From Bdellovibrionales bacterium (GTDB lineage: Bacteria > Bdellovibrionota > Bdellovibrionia > Bdellovibrionales > UBA1609): DNA of 64,000 nt. Below, one piece after another: positions 9,624 to 19,901 of this stretch (positions are counted from its first letter, which is position 1; every line of letters starts with the position of its first letter). The notes under the pieces are model-generated. The model was not told the origin of the DNA and ran no database searches. It saw only the letters and a program-made list of their open reading frames with translations. The stretch is from NCBI GenBank assembly GCA_965200875.1, contig OZ241456.1:768001-832000 (forward strand), given 5' to 3'. The position numbers and the translations under genes were made by a program.

Positions 9624-11546
9624 TTATACTCTTCGGCCAAAATCTCTTTCCAAACGGGAAAGAGGATAATTCACAAACACTGGACGCCCATGTGGACAAA
9701 AACTGGAAAGAGGAAATTCATCCATTTGAATCAACAGTGCTTTCATTTCTTCTTTGCTTAAAGCCTGCCCGGCCCGAATGGCAGAGTGGCAAGCCATACT
9801 GGCACATAAGTCAGCAATTTTTTTCTCTATCGCGAAACTGCCCCCTAAAGATTTTATTTCGTCAGCCAGCTGAACCAAAGACTTTTGCAAAGCCACATCT
9901 TTTAAAATTGCTGGTGCAGAATGAATAACCAAACCCTCCGGCCCAGAACATTCCATTTCCAAACCCATTTTTAAAAGATCTTTCTGAACAGCCAATAAAG
10001 CTGACACCAACGATTCCTCTAAATCCAAAGCTAGAGGCACAAGACGGTTTTGCACCTCTCCTTTTCCTGTATTCCAAGATTGCATCAGTTTTTCATAGAG
10101 TGCTCTTTCATGGGCCGCGTGTTGATCAATAAAAATAATAGAGGAACGATTTTGAGCTAGAATATAAGTTAAATGAGCTTGAGATAAAATATGCAAAGAA
10201 GACCAGTAATTTTTCTTCTGATCTTCCCGCCTCTCTTGTGCTTCCACGGAAGAAACATCTGTAACAACCCCTTGATTCATATTCATACTTTTAATGCTTT
10301 GAATAGTGGACGACATATCTTTGGACTCAGTAGAAGGTTGAGAAAATAAATTTGTTGGCCTGTCAGATGGATTTTTGGAAGAAATAGGTCTGGAAAAATC
10401 AGATAATTTTTTTTCGAAATTTTCTTTCTCCTGAAAATCTGTTTCATAAGCTCCCGGTTGAGAATTAAAATGTTTTTGCTGAAGGCGGGTTTGCTTAAAC
10501 TCCATACCCGGAAAACTTATTTCCTGTTCGGTAGAAACAGTAGGTTTTTGATTTTCGCTGACAATCCAAGGTGCTTTTTCCAAAACCTTTCGCAGACTAT
10601 GATGAATTGTCCGAAATATTATTGATGAGTTTTTAAACCTTATTTTGGATTTTGCCGGATGCACATTTACATCTAAATCAGCTGGTGGACACGAAAGGTT
10701 TAGAACCACAATAGGATATTCTCCGTGCATCAGCAAACTTCGATAAGCAGACATTACAGCAGAATGAATGGTACTGTCTTCCACCCAGCGTTTTCCCACG
10801 AAAAACCACATTTGTCGGCGGGTGGCGACAGTTTCATTGGGAGCGCAAAACACAGCCTCTACATTTACACCTCCTGATGTTGTGTTGGTGTAAAAAGTAT
10901 TGTTTAAAGATAAAATTCTTTCTACCCGTTTTTGCAAATTTTCCACAATCGGCCAATAAAAAAGCAGTTTGTTTCCATGAAGAACCCGAAACTCAATTTG
11001 AGGGTGAACAAGAGCCATAGCCTTAACAGTGTTCTTGATTAAAGCCGTTTCAGAGGCTGGCGTTTTTAAAAATTTCAAGCGTGCAGGAGTCTGCTGAAAC
11101 AGCTCTTTAACAATGACAGTAGTGCCTTTTTCCGATCCTGTGTGTTCCACAGATGTTTTTTTTCCAAATGCACTTCTCAATCGGCCAGCTTGTTTTTGAT
11201 CCACCGGTTTTGACACCAAGGTGAGATCACTCACTTCAGCAATGCTGGCCAGAGCCTCCCCACGGAATCCATAACTATTGATAAGCCAAATATCCTTTAG
11301 AGTGGCAATTTTACTGGTGCTGTGAGGGGATAGAGCCAAATGCAATTCAGAATCTTTAATTCCACAGCCATTATCTTTAATCTGAACAAATCGACCTCCT
11401 TCCGAAAAATGAACCTCAATTTTATTTGCACCAGCATCTATACTATTTTCCAGTAATTCTTTTACCATATTGGCCGGTCGTTCAACCACTTCCCCGGCTG
11501 ATATTTGATTGATAACTTCGGTTGTCAGTGTTTGAATGTGATTCAT
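9624..11546 (-). CDS. mutL: DNA mismatch repair endonuclease MutL
   Basis: ISAGEVVERPA, GFRGEALASI, DVNVHPAK, DQHAAHER, ACHSAI, CPHGRP. Confidence 0.98.
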   Translation of the reverse strand: MNHIQTLTTEVINQISAGEVVERPANMVKELLENSIDAGANKIEVHFSEGGRFVQIKDNGCGIKDSELHLALSPHSTSKIATLKDIWLINSYGFRGEALASIAEVSDLTLVSKPVDQKQAGRLRSAFGKKTSVEHTGSEKGTTVIVKELFQQTPARLKFLKTPASETALIKNTVKAMALVHPQIEFRVLHGNKLLFYWPIVENLQKRVERILSLNNTFYTNTTSGGVNVEAVFCAPNETVATRRQMWFFVGKRWVEDSTIHSAVMSAYRSLLMHGEYPIVVLNLSCPPADLDVNVHPAKSKIRFKNSSIIFRTIHHSLRKVLEKAPWIVSENQKPTVSTEQEISFPGMEFKQTRLQQKHFNSQPGAYETDFQEKENFEKKLSDFSRPISSKNPSDRPTNLFSQPSTESKDMSSTIQSIKSMNMNQGVVTDVSSVEAQERREDQKKNYWSSLHILSQAHLTYILAQNRSSIIFIDQHAAHERALYEKLMQSWNTGKGEVQNRLVPLALDLEESLVSALLAVQKDLLKMGLEMECSGPEGLVIHSAPAILKDVALQKSLVQLADEIKSLGGSFAIEKKIADLCASMACHSAIRAGQALSKEEMKALLIQMDEFPLSSFCPHGRPVFVNYPLSRLERDFGRRV

Positions 11547-11561
11547 AGTGTTTTCTCCTAT

Positions 11562-12485
11562 TTAAAAAGCCACCATCAGCCCGCCCAATATAGACGGTAC
11601 AGGTTCGGTTTCCAGCATATCATAGTACACTTTTCCCTCCATTAAAAAAGACAGGCGATCATGAATTTTCAAAGTAAAAGAAGCAGAACTGATTACGCCT
11701 GCTCCCACTTGAAAATGAGATTTTTCCGGTGCTAAAGAACCATGTATCTTTACAAGTGCTCCTATTCCCAAATGAAACAAAAAGTAAGGTGCGTCAAGAA
11801 GAGGTAATTTAAATAAAAAATCCCCTAATAAAATATAGCCCTTCTTTAACTTTTTTTCAATAACTGGAGGAGAAAGAGAAAACATTAAACTGGTATCAGT
11901 GATTATACCAGTTATGGGCAGGCCCGCTCCACTGAGCTTTAAGCCAAAAAACCATGATTCTATTGATGTTTTTTCAGACTGATAAGCCATCCAAGCATAA
12001 GACACAGTTAACCCTATAAACTTTACTTTTGAAAGAGGTTTATCCCCTATTTCCATTAAATCTTCAGAATCTCTGTTAAGTTGAAAATCCTTAACATATT
12101 TCAATTTTTTTTTGACCTGCTTAAATTCAGGATTGAGTTTAAAATGTGAACCGGATTTAATATAGCGCGGAACCACATCTATTTCAGAAATATAGGCTCG
12201 TAATTTTTTGGGCTTGTTGATATAAATTCTGTAAAAAGTGCCAAATCGATGATTTGGGCGATGAATTTTTTTTGAAACAGTTATCCTTGTGCCGGCTGGT
12301 ATAGAGGTAATTTGAGTGGAATCGAAATCAGGACGTGCATAAACAATAGCATCCTTTTGAAGAACATAAGCTTTTTGTAGATAGTGAGGGAGAACTTTTC
12401 GCTTCCTGAAAGACTTTGTGCCTTCTTCTTTAGCAAAACCAGAAAGAGAAAACACTCCAAAAAAAAGAATAACAATAAGGTTCAT
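11562..12485 (-). CDS. Secreted hypothetical protein (SH3-like N-terminal segment, possible beta-barrel C-terminus)
   Basis: Signal peptide; AIVYARPDFDS SH3-like segment; ends in F. Confidence 0.6.
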   Translation of the reverse strand: MNLIVILFFGVFSLSGFAKEEGTKSFRKRKVLPHYLQKAYVLQKDAIVYARPDFDSTQITSIPAGTRITVSKKIHRPNHRFGTFYRIYINKPKKLRAYISEIDVVPRYIKSGSHFKLNPEFKQVKKKLKYVKDFQLNRDSEDLMEIGDKPLSKVKFIGLTVSYAWMAYQSEKTSIESWFFGLKLSGAGLPITGIITDTSLMFSLSPPVIEKKLKKGYILLGDFLFKLPLLDAPYFLFHLGIGALVKIHGSLAPEKSHFQVGAGVISSASFTLKIHDRLSFLMEGKVYYDMLETEPVPSILGGLMVAF

Positions 12486-12533
12486 TACACTTTAACTGTT
12501 ATCAAATACAGCTTGAAATGTCATTAACCAATT

Positions 12534-13001
12534 TTAAAAACCTGTTGAACCAAAACCTCCTATTCCTCTCTTGGTGTCACTGAGATTTTCTGCCCATTCT
12601 AGCTGTGCCTGAAATACCGGGCATAAAACCACCTGCGCTATTCTTTGCTGATCTTCAATAGTCACATTCTGCGGGGAAAGATTGACAACGATAACTTTTA
12701 CCTCTCCTCTATAATCAGCGTCAATAGTGCCAGGAGAGTTAGGTAGGGATAATCCCTTTTTCAAGCTCAAACCACTACGGGGCCTCACCTGAAGTTCAAA
12801 ACCAGCAGGAATTTCAAATATAAGGCCAGTAGGAATTAATACTCTCTCCAAAGATTTAACTGTAAGAGGGGACTTCAGTTGTGCCCGAATATCAAAACCA
12901 CTGGCTGAAGGACTTTGATAAGCAGGAAGTTCCCCTTTAAAATGAGGAAGCTTTTTTACTTTCAATGTAATTTTTTGAAGGGTCTGTTCCCTGTGTTGCA
13001 T
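12534..13001 (-). CDS. dut: dUTP diphosphatase
   Basis: SGFDI, RPRSGL, NSPGTIDADYRGE, RIAQ, RGIGGFGSTG. Confidence 0.97.
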   Translation of the reverse strand: MQHREQTLQKITLKVKKLPHFKGELPAYQSPSASGFDIRAQLKSPLTVKSLERVLIPTGLIFEIPAGFELQVRPRSGLSLKKGLSLPNSPGTIDADYRGEVKVIVVNLSPQNVTIEDQQRIAQVVLCPVFQAQLEWAENLSDTKRGIGGFGSTGF

Positions 13002-13013
13002 TTTTCCTCCTGA

Positions 13014-14792
13014 TTAAAAAGAACGAGCTAAATTTCTTATCTTTGTATTAGGATGTTCATAAAATTTCCTATCCACAATAACTCGTCGCAGAGCTTGAAG
13101 GGGAGGTTGCATATTATGCAAGGAGTGCAATCCTCTTTCAATAATGTCTTCATCTGAGCTGACTTTTATGAAATCCACAAGCCGTTGATTTACCTGTGGA
13201 TACTTCGATTGCAAAAGCCCCAAGGCTGAAATAGCCTGAAGCTGAATCCATTTGTCCGGGTAGTTAAAGCGATCGGCTATAGTTGAATGTACGGATTCCA
13301 CCTGCACCCCAGAGTAGGCCAAACCATAAATCGAATAATAAACCAACCCGGAATGAGAAAGTTTTACAAATTCCTCCAATTTATTAATAATGAGTTCGTC
13401 ACTAACCCTCAAATGTCCCAAGGTTTTAAAAACCTGATAACATATAACATGATCTTCTTTTACTTTAGCCAAACACATATTCATCAATTTGCGATGAATC
13501 CGATAATCCTGTATGTGAAAAGTCTCCATAACCAATGCACTCCATATATTTTTGTAGAATTCATCTGGAAAATCATCTACTGATAAATCTAATTGTTGAA
13601 CAGGAACTTTTTCATCATATATGAGAGCCAGAGCAAAATCATAAGCCTCTGAAGTAGAATGACGAATAATCCTGAGAGTGTTGTCTCTTAATTCTTTTTG
13701 ATAAAAATCAGAGGATACCCACCCAAAAAAATTTAAAAAATTTAAAAATTGAATTTTGACATAAGGAAGACGAGAGCTTATTTGATCATACAAAATATAA
13801 AACTCAGTCCTAAAATCCTGATTATTTTTTATTTCCTTAAAAATTTCCAGACTTGGCCCTTTAAACGGCCGATTTTCAGACACAAAGTTTTTAATAGACA
13901 AATACGCCTTGGGGCCAGCCCCGGACTCCATAAGTTCTCTCACTACCTGCATACTCTCAACAGGGTTCACATTGTCATTATATAGTTGGCACATTTTTTG
14001 CAAATGAGGGGGTTGGTGACCATAAGGGCCTATCCCTTTCACTTCAGAAACGGCTCCTCCAATGGAAGGGTAAATAAGGGAGTTATTTGTTTGTGGCCTT
14101 CTTTGATCCAAGTAATACTTATAATTGCCATAGTGCTTGTTGATCTGTTGAAAATAATGGTCAAGGGGCTGACGAAGATATTTTCCCAATGGGCTTAATT
14201 CAGTAAATCCATAAATACTGCTTTGGAAGGGGAAAATCCATTGCATTCTCTCCTGAAAAGAAAGTCCAAAAGGAAGATAAATAGCCGCCACCATGATTTC
14301 CGCCACATCACGGGCATAATGATGTTCCAAAAGAACCTGCAAGTGCTGTTCTGGTGTTCTCTGACGACTCTGTTTATTTGACAAAGTGTAACAGCCGAAT
14401 AAAAATACTTCTTTTACATGGGATAACACGCCTGAACAGGAATCAGAGCAGGCCTGTTTTTCCATAATATCCACCGGGAGAATATAATTATTTTTTTCAC
14501 CAAAAAACAACCCACCAAAGTGTCCTGAAACAACTAAAATATCACATTGGTATCCTTGTTGACAGGCATTTTTGAACCAATGAATATTGTTGGGTCGTGA
14601 CTGTACAGACAAAGGCACCAGCTCCACAAACTCAAAGTGTTCAGAGGACAGATTTTTTTTAAACATTTCTATTTCATCGGAAGAATTTATAGTAATGGAA
14701 CACACCTGATATTTGGTCAGAGCAAAACATGACCAAAAAGAACAGAGCAAAAATAAAACACTTCGAAGAAAAAAGCACTTAGCAAAACGCAT
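13014..14792 (-). CDS. Secreted hypothetical protein with C-terminal HEAT-like repeats
   Basis: ATG at 14792 (MRFAKCFF) gives a signal peptide; helical repeats such as IQLQAISALGLL. Confidence 0.65.
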   Translation of the reverse strand: MRFAKCFFLRSVLFLLCSFWSCFALTKYQVCSITINSSDEIEMFKKNLSSEHFEFVELVPLSVQSRPNNIHWFKNACQQGYQCDILVVSGHFGGLFFGEKNNYILPVDIMEKQACSDSCSGVLSHVKEVFLFGCYTLSNKQSRQRTPEQHLQVLLEHHYARDVAEIMVAAIYLPFGLSFQERMQWIFPFQSSIYGFTELSPLGKYLRQPLDHYFQQINKHYGNYKYYLDQRRPQTNNSLIYPSIGGAVSEVKGIGPYGHQPPHLQKMCQLYNDNVNPVESMQVVRELMESGAGPKAYLSIKNFVSENRPFKGPSLEIFKEIKNNQDFRTEFYILYDQISSRLPYVKIQFLNFLNFFGWVSSDFYQKELRDNTLRIIRHSTSEAYDFALALIYDEKVPVQQLDLSVDDFPDEFYKNIWSALVMETFHIQDYRIHRKLMNMCLAKVKEDHVICYQVFKTLGHLRVSDELIINKLEEFVKLSHSGLVYYSIYGLAYSGVQVESVHSTIADRFNYPDKWIQLQAISALGLLQSKYPQVNQRLVDFIKVSSDEDIIERGLHSLHNMQPPLQALRRVIVDRKFYEHPNTKIRNLARSF

Positions 14793-14858
14793 GTTTTCCC
14801 CTAGTAGTGAGGTATGAACAAGTAAGCAGGTTACATATAAAGACTGTTTCACGGAAAA

Positions 14859-15548
14859 TTAAATATTGTTAAAAGGCGGTTCTTTCAAAAGCATAAGTAA
14901 AAAACCCCTAGCCGTGCTGAACAGATAAAGTTTCTCGTCTTCTATGTTTTCTTCAGCACAAAGTTCATGAGTAGGATTATTGTTGCAAGTTTCCTCCATT
15001 GTTATAATGAGCTTCATGTGCTCAAGAAAACGTAATGTAGCTGATGTGCCCCCTCCCTCTTGCTGATGCTTTAACTCCATAGTGCTAATGGCAGACGAAA
15101 GATAATCATTAAAACCGGTTTCCTTATAGAAATCCAAATAATAAAGAACCAGCATCCATCGGCCTAAATAATGTTTTTCAGCCGAAGCCTGATAAGTTTT
15201 TGTAATTTTTTGTTTGGAAAATTCTTTCAAGTAAATCAGGCTGAGAGCACTAGCGGCTATACTTTTTGTTTTTTCCTCTTTTGATTCTTTAAAAGACCTC
15301 TTTAACCATGTTTCGGCTAAACTATAATTTCCCAGCTGATAATTAAGACAACCCACAACTGTTATAGTGGATGTACTGGGTTGCTCTGTTGCTGAAATTG
15401 TTTGATTCATTTCCTCCAATGCGTTCCCCAACTCAGAGGGATTTTTGTAACTCATAAAACACGCGTCAAAATCAATAGAAGACAAGCTGGTTTGCGTGCT
15501 ACAAGCTGTGAAAATGAACAAAAAAAACAAGAAAAAAATATTTTTCAA
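14859..15548 (-). CDS. Hypothetical lipoprotein with TPR-like segment
   Basis: FIFTAC lipobox; VGCLNYQLGNYSLAETWLKRS. Confidence 0.65.
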   Translation of the reverse strand: MKNIFFLFFLFIFTACSTQTSLSSIDFDACFMSYKNPSELGNALEEMNQTISATEQPSTSTITVVGCLNYQLGNYSLAETWLKRSFKESKEEKTKSIAASALSLIYLKEFSKQKITKTYQASAEKHYLGRWMLVLYYLDFYKETGFNDYLSSAISTMELKHQQEGGGTSATLRFLEHMKLIITMEETCNNNPTHELCAEENIEDEKLYLFSTARGFLLMLLKEPPFNNI

Positions 15549-15564
15549 AGATGAAAAGCCCCCG

Positions 15565-15594
15565 TTGACAAAACTTCAAATTTGCTTATATATT
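15565..15594 (+). promoter_or_regulatory. Candidate sigma70 promoter
   Basis: TTGACA, 18 nt, TATATT upstream of the aldo/keto reductase gene. Confidence 0.4.
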
Positions 15595-15885
15595 AGGAAA
15601 CTTTATAAAATGAGTAAATATTTTATTTGCTTTATTTAATTTTTCATTACAGTTTATTGTTAGTCGCTTGGAAAAAGTATATTTGCCCGGTGCACAACTG
15701 GAGGGCCTTTAAGGGCTTTTAGTTCCTTAAAAACCTGTTCCTGAGCCAGAAGAGACGGGAATTTGTGGGTTTTTCACCGGCAGGGTGACAAATTCGGGAA
15801 ATGTATCAGGTATTTTTCCTAAGTTATACAGTGCTTTCACGAACAAATTTTATTTTTAGCGCGCAATACCAAAGGATAGGAAAAT

Positions 15886-16707
15886 ATGTTATACTGGACT
15901 GCAAAAAACCGGACTAAAGTGCCAAAATTAGGTTTTGGTACTTGGCTTATAAAAGGAACTCAGTGCGTAAAGGCCGTACGCATGGCCTTGGATATTGGTT
16001 ATCGCCATATTGATACAGCTCAAATTTACGGAAACGAAGGGGAAGTGGGGTCAGCTATAGCCAAATCTGGCGTAGGTAGAGAAGACATATTTTTAGTAAC
16101 CAAAGTCTGGCGGGATTCTTTAAGTGCCAAGGAAGTGGTACATAGTACAGAAGAAAGTCTAAAAAAATTAAAAACGGATTATGTGGATCTTTTACTCATT
16201 CATTGGCCAAATATCAGGGTACCGGTGGAAGAAACTTTATCTGCCCTACAACAGATGATTGCACAACAAAAGACAAAACATATAGGAGTGAGCAATTTTC
16301 CTGTGGAACTTTTGGAAATATCAAAAAAAACCTCGCCAGAGTTAATTTGCAACCAAGTTGAATATCATCCTTTTTTGGATCAAAGGCCACTTTTAAAAGC
16401 TATGGGAAAGCATAATATGTTTTTAACTGCCTATTCCCCTTTAGCTAGAAACAAAGTATTTAAAAATAAAACGCTCCAAGAAATAGGTGAAAAATACTCC
16501 AAGACAGCAGGACAAATTGTCCTGCGTTGGCTGATAGAGCAAAAAAATATTGTGGCCATTCCAAAAGCTGCTAGGAAAAAACATGCAGAATCCAACTTTG
16601 ATATATTTGATTTTCAGCTCAATGAACCAGATCGTCTGATTTTAGGGAGTATGCACTCACAAAATCAACGGCTGGTAAATCCTGAATGGGCACCAGATTG
16701 GGATTAA
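15886..16707 (+). CDS. Aldo/keto reductase
   Basis: LGFGTW, GYRHIDTAQIYGNE, LVTKVW, DLLLIHWP, IGVSNF, AIPKA. Confidence 0.95.
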   Translation: MLYWTAKNRTKVPKLGFGTWLIKGTQCVKAVRMALDIGYRHIDTAQIYGNEGEVGSAIAKSGVGREDIFLVTKVWRDSLSAKEVVHSTEESLKKLKTDYVDLLLIHWPNIRVPVEETLSALQQMIAQQKTKHIGVSNFPVELLEISKKTSPELICNQVEYHPFLDQRPLLKAMGKHNMFLTAYSPLARNKVFKNKTLQEIGEKYSKTAGQIVLRWLIEQKNIVAIPKAARKKHAESNFDIFDFQLNEPDRLILGSMHSQNQRLVNPEWAPDWD

Positions 16708-16755
16708 GTTGCATGGTTTTTGTGCCTTCACGGGGTTTCACAGGTCCTGATGTTT

Positions 16756-17595
16756 TTAATGTTGTATCAAAAAATGGGCAATTTGTGATAAAATCAACCC
16801 TAAAGTCATACCAATAAAAAACCACTTTTTTATTTTAAATTTTATTATCATGGGAATAAAATGTACAATGCACACATACAAAAAAAGCCCGGAAGCAAAG
16901 GGTAAGATGAAATTCTGTAAAGTGTTCACATAAGACACCAAAAAAGACATATAGTATCCGCCCAAAAAAGCCAAACAAAAAAAGGTAATGATGCCAAAAA
17001 GAAAACGGCGGGAAAAACCAGACGATAATCCAATTCCCAAAACAGCCACACTTTCAGGCAGGAGGTGAAATAGCAAGCCTATGCTCATCATAATAGCCGT
17101 TTCCATGTTAATCAGTAGAGAAGAGGCCAGTCGAATACCATCAAAAAAAGCGCATAATATAAAACAACCTACGGCTGAACAGCCTACAGAAACAGGAAGT
17201 AAATGATAATGAGTGTGTTCAGAGTCATGTTGATGACAATCATGTTTTTTCAAGGGCAACAGCCGATTTAAAAATTTTGTATAAGGTAAAAGTCCAATTT
17301 CCGCAAAAGCATTGACTAAAAAACCACATAATACAAATATTATATTCTTATAGATGTTTTTTTCCGCACTAAAGGAATGAGGGAGAAATTCAAATAATAC
17401 CATGACACACAAAACACCAGCACCGAATGTAGCAACAGACTGTATCTGAATTTTTATTTTTTTATAAATAAAAAAATAAGTGAGGCACAAAATGGCAACA
17501 CAGTACAAAAGAGAGAGCAGAAAAAAAACAATAAAATTGTCAGACACACAAAAACCTTTATGGGCGAATTTATGGATGAAATATAAAATATACAT
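16756..17595 (-). CDS. ZIP-family metal transporter
   Basis: Multi-pass membrane protein, His-rich loop HDCHQHDSEHTHYH, LLFHLLPES, FASGLFLYV; start uncertain. Confidence 0.8.
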   Translation of the reverse strand: MYILYFIHKFAHKGFCVSDNFIVFFLLSLLYCVAILCLTYFFIYKKIKIQIQSVATFGAGVLCVMVLFEFLPHSFSAEKNIYKNIIFVLCGFLVNAFAEIGLLPYTKFLNRLLPLKKHDCHQHDSEHTHYHLLPVSVGCSAVGCFILCAFFDGIRLASSLLINMETAIMMSIGLLFHLLPESVAVLGIGLSSGFSRRFLFGIITFFCLAFLGGYYMSFLVSYVNTLQNFILPFASGLFLYVCIVHFIPMIIKFKIKKWFFIGMTLGLILSQIAHFLIQH

Positions 17596-18592
17596 TCTGA
17601 TATTCAGAAAAAAATGTCAATTTTTTTCATACTATACCGGGTTGAAGTTTATAGTGTGTGTCTTTTCCTCTGCAAAGATCAATGGATTGAGTCTTCAACC
17701 AACTCTCAACTTGTGGAAACAAACAGTCTGTGGGTTTAGTTTCATTTTTCTTCAATTCTGGTGCGTATCTCTGAATGCCACTTTCCTAGAAAATAGGAAA
17801 GACTTTATTTGTGGTTATAAACCTGTTATTGAATATCTAAACAGCCTTATTTCTTTGGAATACTCCGAAGTTATGACATATATGGAAAATATTCAAAATA
17901 ATATCCCAGTCGAATATGAAGATAAAATATCTCTGATATCCACTTTAATGAGATATCGTCTATTGCCGATCAACCCGGAAAACAAACAATCCTGCCGGTT
18001 TTTTCATTATTTATGTCTTCCAAACAGCCAGCCAGATGCAATTTACAACTTATCTGTCAATTATCTGCAAGAACATCGTAAAGGACCAGAGTTTTGTCAT
18101 ATACATTATCATGGCGAAGAAACACGTTTTCCTCTTCTCAGTGAAGAGTGCCTGATGGCTATTGCAAAACGAATCCAGGCAATTCCTGTGCCCCTAGCGG
18201 TCACTCAAGGGGGTGTGGAATCTGCATGGGGAACTTCTCGTTTTTCAACGGCAGGAAACAATTTTTATGGTATTCAAACCACTTTTTCTTCAGCTACAAA
18301 AGCTCAAAATAATCCAAGATGTATCCCAGCCAAAAGAAATCCCAGAAGATGTATCTATAAGTTTAATACCATTGAAATGAATTACTTTATTTATGCTCAA
18401 ACATTAAACTCGTCCAGAGCTTACATTGCTTTAAGGAACTATAGGCACCAGTCCTTATTAAATGAAGATACACCTTGTGAAACGGCTTTAAAAATGTCTG
18501 AAGGGTTGTCTAATTATGCTGAAGATCCGAACTACTTGCCAAAAGTGCAATCCACAATAAAAAAAGTTTGCCAAATTATTGATAATTGTTAA
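17480..18592 (+). CDS. Glucosaminidase-domain (GH73/Bax-like) protein
   Basis: IPVPLAVTQGGVESAWGTSRF…GNNFYG, LSNYAE..NY; true start probably downstream of 17480. Confidence 0.8.
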   Translation: MRHKMATQYKRESRKKTIKLSDTQKPLWANLWMKYKIYILIFRKKCQFFSYYTGLKFIVCVFSSAKINGLSLQPTLNLWKQTVCGFSFIFLQFWCVSLNATFLENRKDFICGYKPVIEYLNSLISLEYSEVMTYMENIQNNIPVEYEDKISLISTLMRYRLLPINPENKQSCRFFHYLCLPNSQPDAIYNLSVNYLQEHRKGPEFCHIHYHGEETRFPLLSEECLMAIAKRIQAIPVPLAVTQGGVESAWGTSRFSTAGNNFYGIQTTFSSATKAQNNPRCIPAKRNPRRCIYKFNTIEMNYFIYAQTLNSSRAYIALRNYRHQSLLNEDTPCETALKMSEGLSNYAEDPNYLPKVQSTIKKVCQIIDNC

Positions 18593-19869
18593 TAATTGGA
18601 AATGTGAAATATCTGTTTTATTTCCTTTCTTTTTTTATTAATACTAAAGTTAGCTTGAGAGTCAATACAGGCAAACGACACAGAATTTATGTCGTGAAAT
18701 TGCTTTTATCTCTCTGTTTTTTTAATTCCTGCCAAAGTGCCAACCATACAAATGAAGTTGCTTTAAATGAACTGCCTTCCAATTTTAAAAGAGCATTAAG
18801 TAGCAGTCATTCCTCCTCGCCCTCTTCCTCTTTGAGGCAACCTGTCTGCAACTTACACACAGGGTCTGCGATCGTGCTTATGTACCACAAATTTGATGAA
18901 CCTTATAAAAGCACCAGTGTTACTATTGAACAATTTATGCAACATCTGGAGTTTTTCAAAAATAATGACTATACAGTGGTTCCATTGAGTAAGGTGATAT
19001 CTGCGGTTAAAGGTCAAGTCCCTTTTGGGAACAAATGGGTGGCTATTACTATTGACGACGCTTATAAATCATTTTTAAAAGCCAAACCTATTCTGGAAAC
19101 TTATCAGTATCCTTACACTGTTTTTGTGAATACAGAACCCGTGGATAAAAACTACACAAGTTCCATGACTTGGGACGATTTAAAAACAATAGTGCAGTCT
19201 GGGTTGGGAGAGCTGGCGGCACATTCTCACACGCATGGTCATTTAGTGCAGGATATGAATACGGAACAAAGACAAAAGGATATTTTATTTTCCGTAGAGC
19301 GAATTTATGAGAGCACCTCGATAATGCCACGTTTTTTCTCTTATCCTTTTGGCGAAGTGAGCAATAAGCTTATCACGGAAATACAAAACATGAATCAGGT
19401 TTCCGGTCGTGCTTTTCATTTTTCTGCTGCGTTTTCCACTCAGTCAGGACCGATTGGTTGTTCTTCAAATTTATTTGCTCTCCCTCGTTTTGCCATCAAT
19501 GAAAAATATGCTGTGATAGACAATTTATTTAAAATTAAACTAACCAGCCGTCATTTACCAATTTACGATTACCATCCAAAAAACAAATCAGTATGTATAG
19601 AAGAACAAATCCGCAAAATTTATTTTTCCACTGATCCAAATATAGATTTAAGTAGTATCCGTTGTTATGCCAGTAGGGGGAACACAGCCGAAGTGGATGT
19701 TTCAAATGGCCTTGTTACTGTCTCACTAGCCAAACCTTTGGGATTTGGTCTGAGCAATCCCAATGACATTAGAGAAAGACTTAATTGCACAGCCCACTAC
19801 AAAGGGCGGTATTTTTGGTATGGTAGAGAATTTACTATTCTGAAAAACTCCTCGGATTGCACTGAATAG
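18586..19869 (+). CDS. Polysaccharide deacetylase (CE4)
   Basis: LMYHKF, ITIDDAY, HSHTH, FSYPFGE, LPRF. Confidence 0.9.
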   Translation: MLIIGNVKYLFYFLSFFINTKVSLRVNTGKRHRIYVVKLLLSLCFFNSCQSANHTNEVALNELPSNFKRALSSSHSSSPSSSLRQPVCNLHTGSAIVLMYHKFDEPYKSTSVTIEQFMQHLEFFKNNDYTVVPLSKVISAVKGQVPFGNKWVAITIDDAYKSFLKAKPILETYQYPYTVFVNTEPVDKNYTSSMTWDDLKTIVQSGLGELAAHSHTHGHLVQDMNTEQRQKDILFSVERIYESTSIMPRFFSYPFGEVSNKLITEIQNMNQVSGRAFHFSAAFSTQSGPIGCSSNLFALPRFAINEKYAVIDNLFKIKLTSRHLPIYDYHPKNKSVCIEEQIRKIYFSTDPNIDLSSIRCYASRGNTAEVDVSNGLVTVSLAKPLGFGLSNPNDIRERLNCTAHYKGRYFWYGREFTILKNSSDCTE

Positions 19870-19901
19870 TACTCCGTGAAAAGTAGATGTTTCTCATTCT
19901 T

